Source of the DNA: an uncultured Chloroflexia bacterium
GTDB taxonomy: Bacteria; Chloroflexota; Limnocylindria; Limnocylindrales; CSP1-4
Reading direction: 5' to 3'
NCBI GenBank assembly: GCA_963763775.1
Contig: CAVXPZ010000001.1
Location: 960,001 to 1,024,000, forward strand
DNA length: 64,000 nucleotides
The notes under the pieces were generated by a model. The model was not told where the DNA came from, ran no database searches, and saw only the letters and a list, made by a program, of their open reading frames with translations. The position numbers and the translations under genes were made by a program. This document shows, piece after piece, positions 43,051 through 51,875 of the stretch. Each line of letters starts with the position of its first letter. Position 1 is the stretch's first letter.

Positions 43051-44398
43051 GCGAACCGACAGCGAGCTGTTCGAGGCGAGGTTCGCCGATCGCGTCCACG
43101 CGTACACCGAGGTCGCGACCGTGCGGCCGTTCGATGCGTCGGCAACCTCACGGACCGCGATGACGTCCGCGCGGAACGTCGGCTGGCCTGAGCGCCTGAT
43201 GGGCGATCGGCGCGGTCTGCGGATCGGTGGCGCGCGGTTCGCCGCCATCGCCCTCGGCGTCGTCCTGGTCGGCGTCGTCGCGGTCGGCCTCCTCGGGCAG
43301 CCGCACGCCGTGGTCGGCCCGCAGCCGACCTCGTCCGCGTCGGCCACGAGTGCTGCCGCCGCGGCCGGCGGCCCGATCCCCGACGACCTCATCCACTCGT
43401 GGGAACGGCCGTATGCCGTCACGCCCGGCCTGGACCGATGGCCCACCGCGTCCCTTCGGCTGACGAGCGACCTCCTTGAGGTCGGGCCCGGGCCGGTCGC
43501 CGAAACGTCGCGGTCCACGGTCTCGACGGCGGGTGCAAGCACCATAGACGCGGTGGCGACCACGGAGACCCGAGGTTGCGCGACCGGCGACCAGGGCGCC
43601 TACCACTGGTCGGTGGACTCGAAAGACACGGTCCTGACGCTGACGCCGAGCGGGACCGATGCGTGCGCGGCCCGGCAGACCGCCCTCGCCGGCGACTGGG
43701 TGCGCTCCGATCTGCCACCCGTGCCGGACTCTAGGACCCCGCTGCAACCGGGACCGAACGAGACGTCGAGCTTCGACCCGTTCGGCGGCGCGGCGACGGC
43801 CGGCCGGCTCTCCTATACCGTGCCAGCGGGCTGGTCCCTCGAGGAGGACGCAGCCGGGTCGGTCACACTCCGTCGCCTAGAGGACACCTCCGGAAGCCAG
43901 CCATCGCACGAACCGTTCATCGCCCTCATCGCGCGGCCCGCCGTGGCCGCGGAGCCCAAAGCCGGGGTGGTCTGCGGCCCGTTCGCCGACGCACCGGGCA
44001 TCGGCCACAGCGTCGCTGACATCGTGGCAGCGATCACGACCCGACCCGGCGTGGAATCCACGTCGGCGCCCGTGACCATCGGCGGCTATGACGGCCAGGT
44101 GCTCGACCTCCGCGTCGCGGCGTCGTCGACGAGCGGTTGCCTCGCACCGGACGGGCTGACGAGGGGGATCCCGATCCTCCTGCAAGCGGGTTCGGCGAAC
44201 GGGCCCGCGGCGGGCATCGACCCGGACCATCCGATCCGGCTCATCCTGCTCGACCTGGGTGGCGGCCGGACGATGGCCGCGGTGATCTTCGATCCCGTAC
44301 CGTCCTCGTCGTCTGCAGCCGGATCGTCGTTCGAGGCGCAGGTCGCCAAGGCGATGCCGGTCATCGAGAGTTTCGAATTCCACCCGTCTGTGCCGTAG
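43043..44398 (+). CDS. Putative anti-sigma factor: single-TM protein with a large extracytoplasmic domain
   Basis: Overlaps the sigma stop codon; short cytoplasmic N-terminus, one TM helix, external region with paired Cys. Confidence 0.65.
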   Translation: MTERTDSELFEARFADRVHAYTEVATVRPFDASATSRTAMTSARNVGWPERLMGDRRGLRIGGARFAAIALGVVLVGVVAVGLLGQPHAVVGPQPTSSASATSAAAAAGGPIPDDLIHSWERPYAVTPGLDRWPTASLRLTSDLLEVGPGPVAETSRSTVSTAGASTIDAVATTETRGCATGDQGAYHWSVDSKDTVLTLTPSGTDACAARQTALAGDWVRSDLPPVPDSRTPLQPGPNETSSFDPFGGAATAGRLSYTVPAGWSLEEDAAGSVTLRRLEDTSGSQPSHEPFIALIARPAVAAEPKAGVVCGPFADAPGIGHSVADIVAAITTRPGVESTSAPVTIGGYDGQVLDLRVAASSTSGCLAPDGLTRGIPILLQAGSANGPAAGIDPDHPIRLILLDLGGGRTMAAVIFDPVPSSSSAAGSSFEAQVAKAMPVIESFEFHPSVP

Positions 44399-44408
44399 CA
44401 CCGCGCCG

Positions 44409-44900
44409 CTAGCCCTCGCGTCGCCCGACGAGTTCCGCCACCCACGCCCGCAGGCGGTCGAGATGCTCCGTGTAGTGGTCGCACCCGGACTTCCGGATCC
44501 ACCACGCCGCCTCGTCGCTCGGGGCGGCGAGGTGGGACCACTCGTCGACCATCCGCGAGCGCCCCGCGTTCGCCTGGACCCAGGCGACCTCCCACGGGTG
44601 CCCGGCCATCGCCTCGAGGAAGGTGGCGTTGAGGCGGTCGATGTCGACGTCGTGGCCCTCGTACGTGCCCGCAGTGATCCGCTCGAGCTGCGCCTGGCCT
44701 TCGGCGAGCCACGTCCCCAGGTGCGCCACGACGTCGCGGACCGTCCAGTCCGGGTCCGTGTAATAACCGGGGATGAGGCACTCGTCGGGGGTCAATGAGC
44801 GCACGAGGGCCGCGATGTCATACCAGCCGACCCGCTCCGCCTCGAGCTCGACGGCGTAAGGGCGTGGCGACTCGGGCGGCGTCGGCCCCTCGTCGGTCAC
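44409..44900 (-). CDS. DinB/MDMPI N-terminal superfamily protein
   Basis: WTVRDVVAHLGTW and C-terminal DHYTEH. Confidence 0.78.
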   Translation of the reverse strand: MTDEGPTPPESPRPYAVELEAERVGWYDIAALVRSLTPDECLIPGYYTDPDWTVRDVVAHLGTWLAEGQAQLERITAGTYEGHDVDIDRLNATFLEAMAGHPWEVAWVQANAGRSRMVDEWSHLAAPSDEAAWWIRKSGCDHYTEHLDRLRAWVAELVGRREG

Positions 44901-45268
44901 GGCGACCCCACCATGTCGCCCACCAGCGGGAGCCCGGCATCCTCCCAATCGAGCAGGCCGCCCGAGTAGCGGCGGACGTTCCGGTAGCCTCGGCGCACGA
45001 GGTCGCGGTACACCGCGACGCTCGAGAGGCAGTCGACATGCGAGCAGTACACCACGACCTCATCGTCCGGGTGGACCGCGGCGTAGAGCGCCTCCGGCGT
45101 GTCGAAATGCACCGAACCGGGGATGTGCTTGGCCTCGAAGGCCCAGCGGTTCAGGGCCATGATCAACGTCACGTCGTCGCCGCGATCGAGCTTGGCCTTG
45201 AGCTCGTCGCGGCCGATCGTGCGGATCGGCTCCGTGCCGAGGGCGGCGCTGGGTCGCGGTTGATCCAT
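44897..45268 (-). CDS. Single-domain rhodanese-like protein
   Basis: HIPGS, VVVYCSHVDC, YSGGLLDW. Confidence 0.85.
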   Translation of the reverse strand: MDQPRPSAALGTEPIRTIGRDELKAKLDRGDDVTLIMALNRWAFEAKHIPGSVHFDTPEALYAAVHPDDEVVVYCSHVDCLSSVAVYRDLVRRGYRNVRRYSGGLLDWEDAGLPLVGDMVGSP

Positions 45269-45323
45269 GGCCGACCGATTATCGTCTCCGTGACGACACC
45301 GAGCACGGAGGATCCACCGACCC

Positions 45324-46223
45324 ATGGCCTCGCCCCAGACCGGCATCTTCGCGCTCGGGACCTCGTCGCACGCCTGGCTCGAGTTCGACCTCGAGCCCTC
45401 CGTCGACCCGGCGACGGCCGTCGCGGCCGTGGCCTCGCTGCGCGAGCCGAGGACGACGATCGGCGGGGTCAACCTCGTCGCCGGGTTCCGGCCGTCGCTG
45501 TGGGCCGCCGCCGCACCCGACGCGGCCCCGCCCGATGCCCGGGACTTCGACCGACCGGTGACCGGCCCCGACGGCTACGCCATGGCGGCGACCCAGCACG
45601 ACGCGGTCATCTGGCTGACCGGGTCCGGGTACGACGTGGTGTTCGACCTCTCGCGGGCCGTGGCGAGCGCGCTCGCGGGGAAGTTGCGCCTCGCGCACGA
45701 GATGGTCGGCTGGCCGTACCACCACGACCTCGACCTCACGGGCTTCATGGACGGCACCGAGAACCCGTCCATCGTCGAGGCCACGAGCGAGGTGCTCGTC
45801 CCGGCCGGCGACCCGGGCGAGGGCGGTTCGATCCTGCTGCTCCAGCAGTGGGAGCACGACGCGGCGTCGTGGGAGGCGCTGCCGACGGATCGACAGGAGG
45901 CGGCCATCGGCCGGCGCAAGACGGACAGCGTGGAACTCGACCCGAGGCCGGCGTCGTCGCACGTCGCCCGCACGGACCAGGACTCGTTCGGCCGCATCTT
46001 CCGTCGGAACATCGCCTACGGGTCGCTCACGACGCACGGGACGGTCTTCGTGGGCTTCAGCGCCCACCAGGGGGTCCTGGCCGCGATGCTCGACAGCATG
46101 GTCGGCCGCGGCGGGCCCCGCGACGAGCTGACGCGGTCGACGCGGGCGCTGACCGGCGCGTACTACGTCATCCCGTCGGCAGAGCGGCTGGCGGCCTCAG
46201 GCACGCGGCCGGCGGAGGCGTGA
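45324..46223 (+). CDS. Dye-decolorizing (DyP-type) heme peroxidase
   Basis: ATQHD, GFMDGTEN, IGRRK, SSHV, IFRRNIAYG. Confidence 0.9.
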   Translation: MASPQTGIFALGTSSHAWLEFDLEPSVDPATAVAAVASLREPRTTIGGVNLVAGFRPSLWAAAAPDAAPPDARDFDRPVTGPDGYAMAATQHDAVIWLTGSGYDVVFDLSRAVASALAGKLRLAHEMVGWPYHHDLDLTGFMDGTENPSIVEATSEVLVPAGDPGEGGSILLLQQWEHDAASWEALPTDRQEAAIGRRKTDSVELDPRPASSHVARTDQDSFGRIFRRNIAYGSLTTHGTVFVGFSAHQGVLAAMLDSMVGRGGPRDELTRSTRALTGAYYVIPSAERLAASGTRPAEA

Positions 46224-46308
46224 GGGACGTCCCTGCCTCGGAAATCGGGTACCTTCATGCGGCCTCCGGCCTCCGGAGCGAGCCAGCGGACCTGCGTCGG
46301 GAGTTGAC

Positions 46309-47895
46309 GTGACCACTCGGACACTGACCCTCGGCGCCAGCACGTACCCGGTCATCCTGCCCAACATCCGGGACCCGCGGCTCCACGTCGCGGCCGTGAT
46401 CATCACGATCCACATCCTCGGGCAGACCGTGCTGGCGTTCCGGGTCAGCGTCCCGCAGATCCTGGCGGCCATCCTGACGTGCGCGATCATCGAGGTCGCG
46501 CTCACGTTCCGAGCGACCAGGTCGTTCGTGTGGCCGGCCAGCGCGATGCTCACCGGCAGTGGCGTCGCCCTGATCCTCCGGGTCGTGGGGACGCCGCCGA
46601 ACGATCCGTGGACGACCTACGGCTGGTACATCTTCGCGGGCGTCGCGGCGTTCTCGCTCGCCACGAAGTACCTCATCAAGTACCGCGGCACGCACGTCTT
46701 CAACCCGTCCAACATCGGGCTGGTCGTGGCGTTCGTCGTGCTCGGGAGCACGCGGATCGAGCCGCTCGACTTCTGGTGGGCGCCGCTCGCCGGGCCGATG
46801 GCCGCGGCGTACGCCGTCATCCTGACCGGCGGACTGCTCATCACGCGACGCCTGCACCTCCTGGCGCTGGCCGCGACGTTCTGGGTGACGTTGGCGATCG
46901 GGGTCGGCCTGCTTGCGGACTCGGGCCACTGCATGGTCGCGAACTGGGCCTTCGCGCCGGTCTGTGGGTTCGACTTCTGGCGCGTCATCGTGACCTCGCC
47001 CGAGGTGCTGATCTTCCTGTTCTTCATGATCACGGACCCCAAGACCACCCCGGGCGGCCAGGTCGGGCGCATCGTGTTCGGGTTCCTCGTCGCGGTGGCG
47101 AGCACGCTCCTGATGGCGCCGCAGACCAACGAGTTCGGCACGAAGGTGGGGCTGCTCGCGGGCCTCGTCGTCATCTGCGCCGCACGCCCGCTGCTCGACC
47201 GCATCCTCCCCGAGCCTCGCTCGTCCGCCGACGACATCCGGCTCTTCGCGTCACGCCTCGTCCGCGGTGAGGGGTCAGGCGCCGGTGCGCTCCGCGGGGC
47301 CGCGCGTCTGGCCGTCATCGCCGTGGCCGTGCTCGGGATCGGCGTCGGGATCGTCGCCGCCGGCACGCCCGCGCGCGGCTCGGTCCCGCCGGACACGGCC
47401 GAGATCCTGGCCCGCGTCCCCCACCAGGTGGACGCGTCGACGTTCCCCGCGATCACGGTCGGACAGGACGTGACCGACTGGGACCACACGATCGTCGGGC
47501 CGGGTGCCGAGGCGATCGTCTTGACGATGGCCCAGAACCTCGAGGTGGAGGCCCAGGCCCTCCGGCGTCGCGACCCGAGCATCCTGCCGGCCGTGGACCA
47601 CGGCGACCGGCTCCTCGAGATGCAGGGCCGGCTCCAGGCGGCCGGGACCGCCGGGACGGTGGTGGTCCCGCGATATCACTTCGACCGCATCGACATGCGG
47701 CTGCTGCAGCCGTTCGGGCGCCAGGACGGCCTCAGCATCGGCCTGGACAGCAGCGGGACCGTGACCGAGGAGACCTACGACGCGGCCGGGAACCTCCAGT
47801 CGAGCACGACCGCGCCATTCGCCAAGACCTTCGTGGTCCGCCGCGCGACCGGCGACCGCTGGCTCAACGTGGCGGCGCTGCCCGCCGGCGGCTGA
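46309..47895 (+). CDS. UnbU-like (RnfD/NqrB-related) polytopic membrane protein with a C-terminal extracytoplasmic domain
   Basis: RDPRLH, SAMLTG, HVFNPSNIG, FFMITDPKTTP; no neighbouring rnf or nqr genes. Confidence 0.7.
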   Translation: MTTRTLTLGASTYPVILPNIRDPRLHVAAVIITIHILGQTVLAFRVSVPQILAAILTCAIIEVALTFRATRSFVWPASAMLTGSGVALILRVVGTPPNDPWTTYGWYIFAGVAAFSLATKYLIKYRGTHVFNPSNIGLVVAFVVLGSTRIEPLDFWWAPLAGPMAAAYAVILTGGLLITRRLHLLALAATFWVTLAIGVGLLADSGHCMVANWAFAPVCGFDFWRVIVTSPEVLIFLFFMITDPKTTPGGQVGRIVFGFLVAVASTLLMAPQTNEFGTKVGLLAGLVVICAARPLLDRILPEPRSSADDIRLFASRLVRGEGSGAGALRGAARLAVIAVAVLGIGVGIVAAGTPARGSVPPDTAEILARVPHQVDASTFPAITVGQDVTDWDHTIVGPGAEAIVLTMAQNLEVEAQALRRRDPSILPAVDHGDRLLEMQGRLQAAGTAGTVVVPRYHFDRIDMRLLQPFGRQDGLSIGLDSSGTVTEETYDAAGNLQSSTTAPFAKTFVVRRATGDRWLNVAALPAGG

Positions 47896-47953
47896 TGATC
47901 GCCGGCCGCGGAACGGCCCCGCGCACGCCGCCGAGCGGCCCGGGAGCCGACCG

Positions 47954-49015
47954 CTAGACCCCGAGTTCGCTCGACGCCAGCGCGGTCCCCTCGACCCGTG
48001 CCCGGATCTTGGCGAACGCCGTGTCACGCGACGTGGAGGTGTCGTCGCCGAACGGCGAGAAACCGCAGTCGTCGGTCGTCCCAAGGTGCGATGGATCGAT
48101 GAACCGCGCGGCCTCGAGCACCCGGACGCGGACGTCGTCGGCTGTCTCGACTCGCGGGTCCAACGGGTCGATGACGCCCACGAAGATGCGCCGGTCGCCC
48201 GTGGCCTGCTCCCCGAGGATGCCCAGCACGTGCTCCCGGTCGGGCTCGCTCGCCAGCTGGACATAGAAGTTGGGCACATGCAGCTTGAAGAGCCCGGGCA
48301 GCAGGTGGTGGTAGTCGACGTCGGCGCTGTGGGTCGAGTCCTGGTCGCCGCCGGGGCACGTGTGGACGCCGACCTGCGCCCGCTCGGCGTCCGTCAGCCG
48401 GTCGAGCACCTGGTTGTTCACGTCGACGAACGCGTCGAGCAGCCCGCCGGACGGATCGAGCTTGAGCGACAGGCGGGCCTCGGTGAAGTCGATCTGGACG
48501 ATGGCGCCGCGCTCGATGCAGCCCCGGATCTCGTCGACGGCCTCGGTCACGAGGTCCTCGATGAAGGCCTCGCGTGGGTAGCCGGCGATGCCGTCGGCGG
48601 GGTACAGGAGGCTGAGTGCGGACGCCGAGATCACGGCCTGCTTCATGCGAGCCGCCGTGTGCGCGCGGGCGCCGTCGAGGTAGGACCACGCCTTGGTCGA
48701 GTACCGGAACGGGCCGGAGGTGATGACCGGCAGCTGCCGCGTGTGGCCGTCCTCGAAGGGGATGGTCACCCCGCCCGGTGCGAGGTCGGTCAGGCCGGCG
48801 ACCGGGTACGTCGCGAAGCTGGGCTTGCGCTGCTCGCCGTCGGTGATGACCGGCGATCCGGTCGCCTCGAACCGCTGGAGCGTGTCGAGCACGGCGTCGT
48901 CGTACAGGGCGTCGAGGGCCGCTGCCGAGAGGGTCCCGGCGGCGGCCGCGTGCATGCCGTCGATGAGGGCCTGGGGTCGGGGGATGCTGCCGATGGGCTC
49001 TGTTGGTATGGTCAT
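47954..49015 (-). CDS. Cobalamin-independent methionine synthase II family (single-barrel MetE-like) protein
   Basis: IGSIPRP, ITDGEQ, VQID, Zn ligands HTC and DDCGF. Confidence 0.85.
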   Translation of the reverse strand: MTIPTEPIGSIPRPQALIDGMHAAAAGTLSAAALDALYDDAVLDTLQRFEATGSPVITDGEQRKPSFATYPVAGLTDLAPGGVTIPFEDGHTRQLPVITSGPFRYSTKAWSYLDGARAHTAARMKQAVISASALSLLYPADGIAGYPREAFIEDLVTEAVDEIRGCIERGAIVQIDFTEARLSLKLDPSGGLLDAFVDVNNQVLDRLTDAERAQVGVHTCPGGDQDSTHSADVDYHHLLPGLFKLHVPNFYVQLASEPDREHVLGILGEQATGDRRIFVGVIDPLDPRVETADDVRVRVLEAARFIDPSHLGTTDDCGFSPFGDDTSTSRDTAFAKIRARVEGTALASSELGV

Positions 49016-49073
49016 GTCCGCATGCTACGCATGATCGTGGCGAATGGCACCCTACCGACGGAGATGACCCTTC

Positions 49074-49697
49074 ATGACCCGTGACGCGGAACGACTCGAG
49101 CGAGCCCAGGAGCGCCCGATCGTCGGGGGCCTCCCCGACGTGCCGGGGATCGTGGTGGCGATGCGCCTGACGCCGGGCCTCGGGGTCCACATGCGCGGCC
49201 TCGCCGACGAGTTGCTCGTCAACGACTTCCCGGGCGCCACGATCACCCGCGCCGAGCGCGAGATGCTCGCGACGGCCGTCTCCGCGCAGAACGACTGCTT
49301 CTTCTGCATGGACTCGCACGCGGCGCACGCGACCGCGCTGCTCGAGCGGACCGGTTCGACGGAGCTCGTGCCGCTCCTCGACGAGCTCAAGCTGGGCTCC
49401 TCCGAGGGCGTCGGCGACAAGATGGCGGCCTTGCTGCACGTCGCCCGGACGGTCGGCCGTGCCCCGCGGGAGCTGACCGCCGACGATGTCGCCGCCGCCA
49501 CGGCGGCCGGCGCCGCGGATGCCGACGTCCAGCTCGCCGTGCTGATCGCGGCCGGGTTCTCGATGTACAACCGCATGGTCGACGGCTTCCGCGCCGGGAC
49601 GGCGCCGAGCACGGAGATGTATCTCGCGCGCGCCGGCGAGATCGCCGAGAACGGCTACAGCGCCCCGCCGGTCGCCGCCGGGGCAGCCCCCCGCTGA
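49074..49697 (+). CDS. AhpD/carboxymuconolactone decarboxylase-like peroxidase-related protein
   Basis: EREMLATAVSAQNDCFFCMDSH, FSMYNRMVDG. Confidence 0.85.
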   Translation: MTRDAERLERAQERPIVGGLPDVPGIVVAMRLTPGLGVHMRGLADELLVNDFPGATITRAEREMLATAVSAQNDCFFCMDSHAAHATALLERTGSTELVPLLDELKLGSSEGVGDKMAALLHVARTVGRAPRELTADDVAAATAAGAADADVQLAVLIAAGFSMYNRMVDGFRAGTAPSTEMYLARAGEIAENGYSAPPVAAGAAPR

Positions 49698-49753
49698 ATT
49701 ACGACGGGCGGTCCAGGCTGGACCGCCCGCTGAGGGAGCAAGGGCCCGCGCGA

Positions 49754-49984
49754 TCAGCTCTTGGCGTTCATCTGCTTGTCGACCTCGGCCTGGATCTGTG
49801 CGTCGCGTCGATTCTTGACGCGGCGGGCGAGCATCAGCCCGATGAACCAGGGCCACAGCAGCGCGATGATGGCCCCGATGACCACGGCCGGCAGGTACTT
49901 GTCCGAGAACTGGCTGCCGACCATGATGATCAGCAGGACGTACGTCGCCACCGCCCCGATCACGACGCCGATGATGTGATGCAT
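49754..49984 (-). CDS. Small two-TM hypothetical protein
   Basis: 76 aa, two hydrophobic helices, SD GGGAGG. Confidence 0.65.
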   Translation of the reverse strand: MHHIIGVVIGAVATYVLLIIMVGSQFSDKYLPAVVIGAIIALLWPWFIGLMLARRVKNRRDAQIQAEVDKQMNAKS

Positions 49985-50278
49985 CGAGTCTTCCTCCCGT
50001 CACGCCCAGCCGCCGATCGCATCGTCGCGCAGGCGGGAGCCTGAGCCTAGGACCGGCGAGGGTCGCAGCTCGACAGCGTACCGACCCTGCGATGCCGCCG
50101 TGACTCGACCTCGGGACGTTCGACGGGCCGCACGGCCCCCGGCGGAGGGGCAGAACGGCCCGCAGCACAGGTCGACCGGCCCCTAGGCGCGACGACCCCT
50201 TCCGCGCACGATCGACTCGAGTTCGACGACCGGACCACATCAGGACGGCGCACCGGGCTCAAGCGGAAGGAACGGATC

Positions 50279-50794
50279 ATGGAAAAGGCGAAGGGTCTCG
50301 CCGCACTGCGGATCGTCATGGGCATCGGCTTCCTCTATGCCGGGCTCGAGAAGGTCTTCGACTTCACCGCCTCCGGCAAGGCGTTCAGCGCGGCCGGCTT
50401 CCTCAAGTTCGGCACGGCCGGCACGCTGCCCGGGTCCGCCCAGGACGCGGTGGTCAACCCGACCCACGACTTCTGGATCGCCCTGGCCGGCAACACGGCC
50501 ATGATCGATGCGATGAACTTCCTCGTCGTGTTCGGCGAGCTGGCGATCGGCGTCGCGCTGATCCTCGGCTTCGCGACCCGCTTCGCGGGCGTGATGGGCG
50601 CCATCCTCATGGGTCTCATCACCGTCGCGGCCTGGGACTTCGGCTTCGGCCCGATCAACGAGACGGTCCTGTACGCGGTGGTCGCCCTCTACCTCGCCTA
50701 TGCCGAGGCCGGGCTCGCCTACGGCATCGATGCGGTCATCGAGAAGAGCGAGTTCGTCGCCCATCGGCCGGCGCTCCACTACCTGCTCGGATAG
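50279..50794 (+). CDS. DoxX/DoxD-family membrane protein
   Basis: LRIVMGIGFLYAGLEK, GELAIGVALILG, GLAYGID. Confidence 0.85.
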   Translation: MEKAKGLAALRIVMGIGFLYAGLEKVFDFTASGKAFSAAGFLKFGTAGTLPGSAQDAVVNPTHDFWIALAGNTAMIDAMNFLVVFGELAIGVALILGFATRFAGVMGAILMGLITVAAWDFGFGPINETVLYAVVALYLAYAEAGLAYGIDAVIEKSEFVAHRPALHYLLG

Positions 50795-50891
50795 CGTCCC
50801 GGCTCACCTTCCAGCCGGGCCGCGACCCGGACGACATCGACCGGCGGATCCCCAAGGGTCCGCCGGTCCTTCGTGCGGATGGAGGTCGACG

Positions 50892-51290
50892 ATGACGGAC
50901 AGTCCGGCTCCCCGGACCGCGCAGCCAGACGGTGGGCATCCGGTGGAGGTCGCGGCCGTCAAGGTCGTCCACACCGCCGTGTTCCTCACGGAGCTGGCCG
51001 CGATCGCCTGGCTCCTGGTGACGGGCCTCGCGGGGCGTCGCGACCGGAGCGTCGGCCTCGCCGCGGCCGCCGTGGCCGGCGAGGTGGCGGTCTTCCTGGC
51101 GAACGGCGGCGTCTGCCCGCTGACGCCGCTCACCGAACGGCTCGGGGCGGCGCGGGGCTCGGTGTCCGACATCTTCCTGCCGGACGCGGTCGCCCGCACG
51201 ACCCCGATCTGGTCGAGCGCGCTCGTCGCCCTGGCGATCGTCGCGCACGTGAGAGCGTACCGTCGGCGGGACGCCGCTTCCGCGACCTAG
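50892..51290 (+). CDS. Hypothetical membrane protein (DUF2784-like)
   Basis: VKVVHT and NGGVCPLTPL motifs, about three TM helices; SD GGAGG. Confidence 0.65.
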   Translation: MTDSPAPRTAQPDGGHPVEVAAVKVVHTAVFLTELAAIAWLLVTGLAGRRDRSVGLAAAAVAGEVAVFLANGGVCPLTPLTERLGAARGSVSDIFLPDAVARTTPIWSSALVALAIVAHVRAYRRRDAASAT

Positions 51291-51327
51291 GCGGCCCGGC
51301 GCTCAGGCGCAGGCCGCCCCGACCGGG

Positions 51328-51615
51328 TCAGGCGACCGATTCGTTCCCGTCCCGGCCACTGCCGAGGTCGCCGCTCACGGCGGCCGCACCGTTGGCGATG
51401 GACCAGGTGCTGACCGCATCGGCCAGCGCCACGGACCCGGGGCGGACCGCCAGGCGGTCGTCGAGGCCGCGGATGCCGGGGCCGAGTTCGGCCAGCCGGC
51501 CGCGGTACGCGGGCTTGTCGCCGTTCACTCGGGCGGTGGTCGGATAGACGTCGAAGTAGCCGTCCGTGCTGACGACGATGTTCGCCTCGGGCTGGGCGAA
51601 CGCGGTGCGAGCCAT
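51328..51615 (-). CDS. Hypothetical protein (95 aa)
   Basis: [25 protein letters not shown]...; coding-like GC-rich third positions; no recognised motif. Confidence 0.5.
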   Translation of the reverse strand: MARTAFAQPEANIVVSTDGYFDVYPTTARVNGDKPAYRGRLAELGPGIRGLDDRLAVRPGSVALADAVSTWSIANGAAAVSGDLGSGRDGNESVA

Positions 51616-51774
51616 GGGTGGGGATCCGATCCGGTCGCGCGCTTCGGACCGACGAGCTGCGAGCCCGGCGCCTGCGACCTGACCCCCACCATCGGGCCGC
51701 GGCTCGAATCCGTCAAACGGCAGGTCACCCGTCGGGCTCGCAGGGCGGCCCTCCGGTGCCGTCAGCGGCGCTCG

Positions 51775-51797
51775 GTTTGTGTTCGTCCCGCACAAAC
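51775..51797. promoter_or_regulatory. ROK-family XylR operator upstream of xylA
   Basis: Perfect palindrome GTTTGTG-N9-CACAAAC next to -10 TACACT (51803-51808); resembles the GTTTGT...ACAAAC core of Firmicute XylR operators. Confidence 0.75.
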
Positions 51798-51875
51798 TGC
51801 GCTACACTCGGGCAGATGGTTGCGGCCGGGCGCGCGACCGGTGTCGATCGGGTGGCGGGGCAGGAGGGACGGGTC

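Noticed and set aside
38913-44400. Active prophage or integrative element at tRNA-Gln
   Set aside because: No integrase, phage genes or att duplication detected by eye.
45324-46223. DyP as an encapsulin cargo protein
   Set aside because: No GSLxIGSL-type C-terminal targeting peptide and no encapsulin gene in the window.
46309-47895. Rnf/Nqr respiratory complex or enediyne biosynthetic cluster
   Set aside because: No other rnf or nqr subunits and no PKS or thioesterase genes in the window.
49985-50278. Structured ncRNA in the intergenic region upstream of doxX
   Set aside because: Only short GC-rich stems expected by chance; no recognisable family motif.
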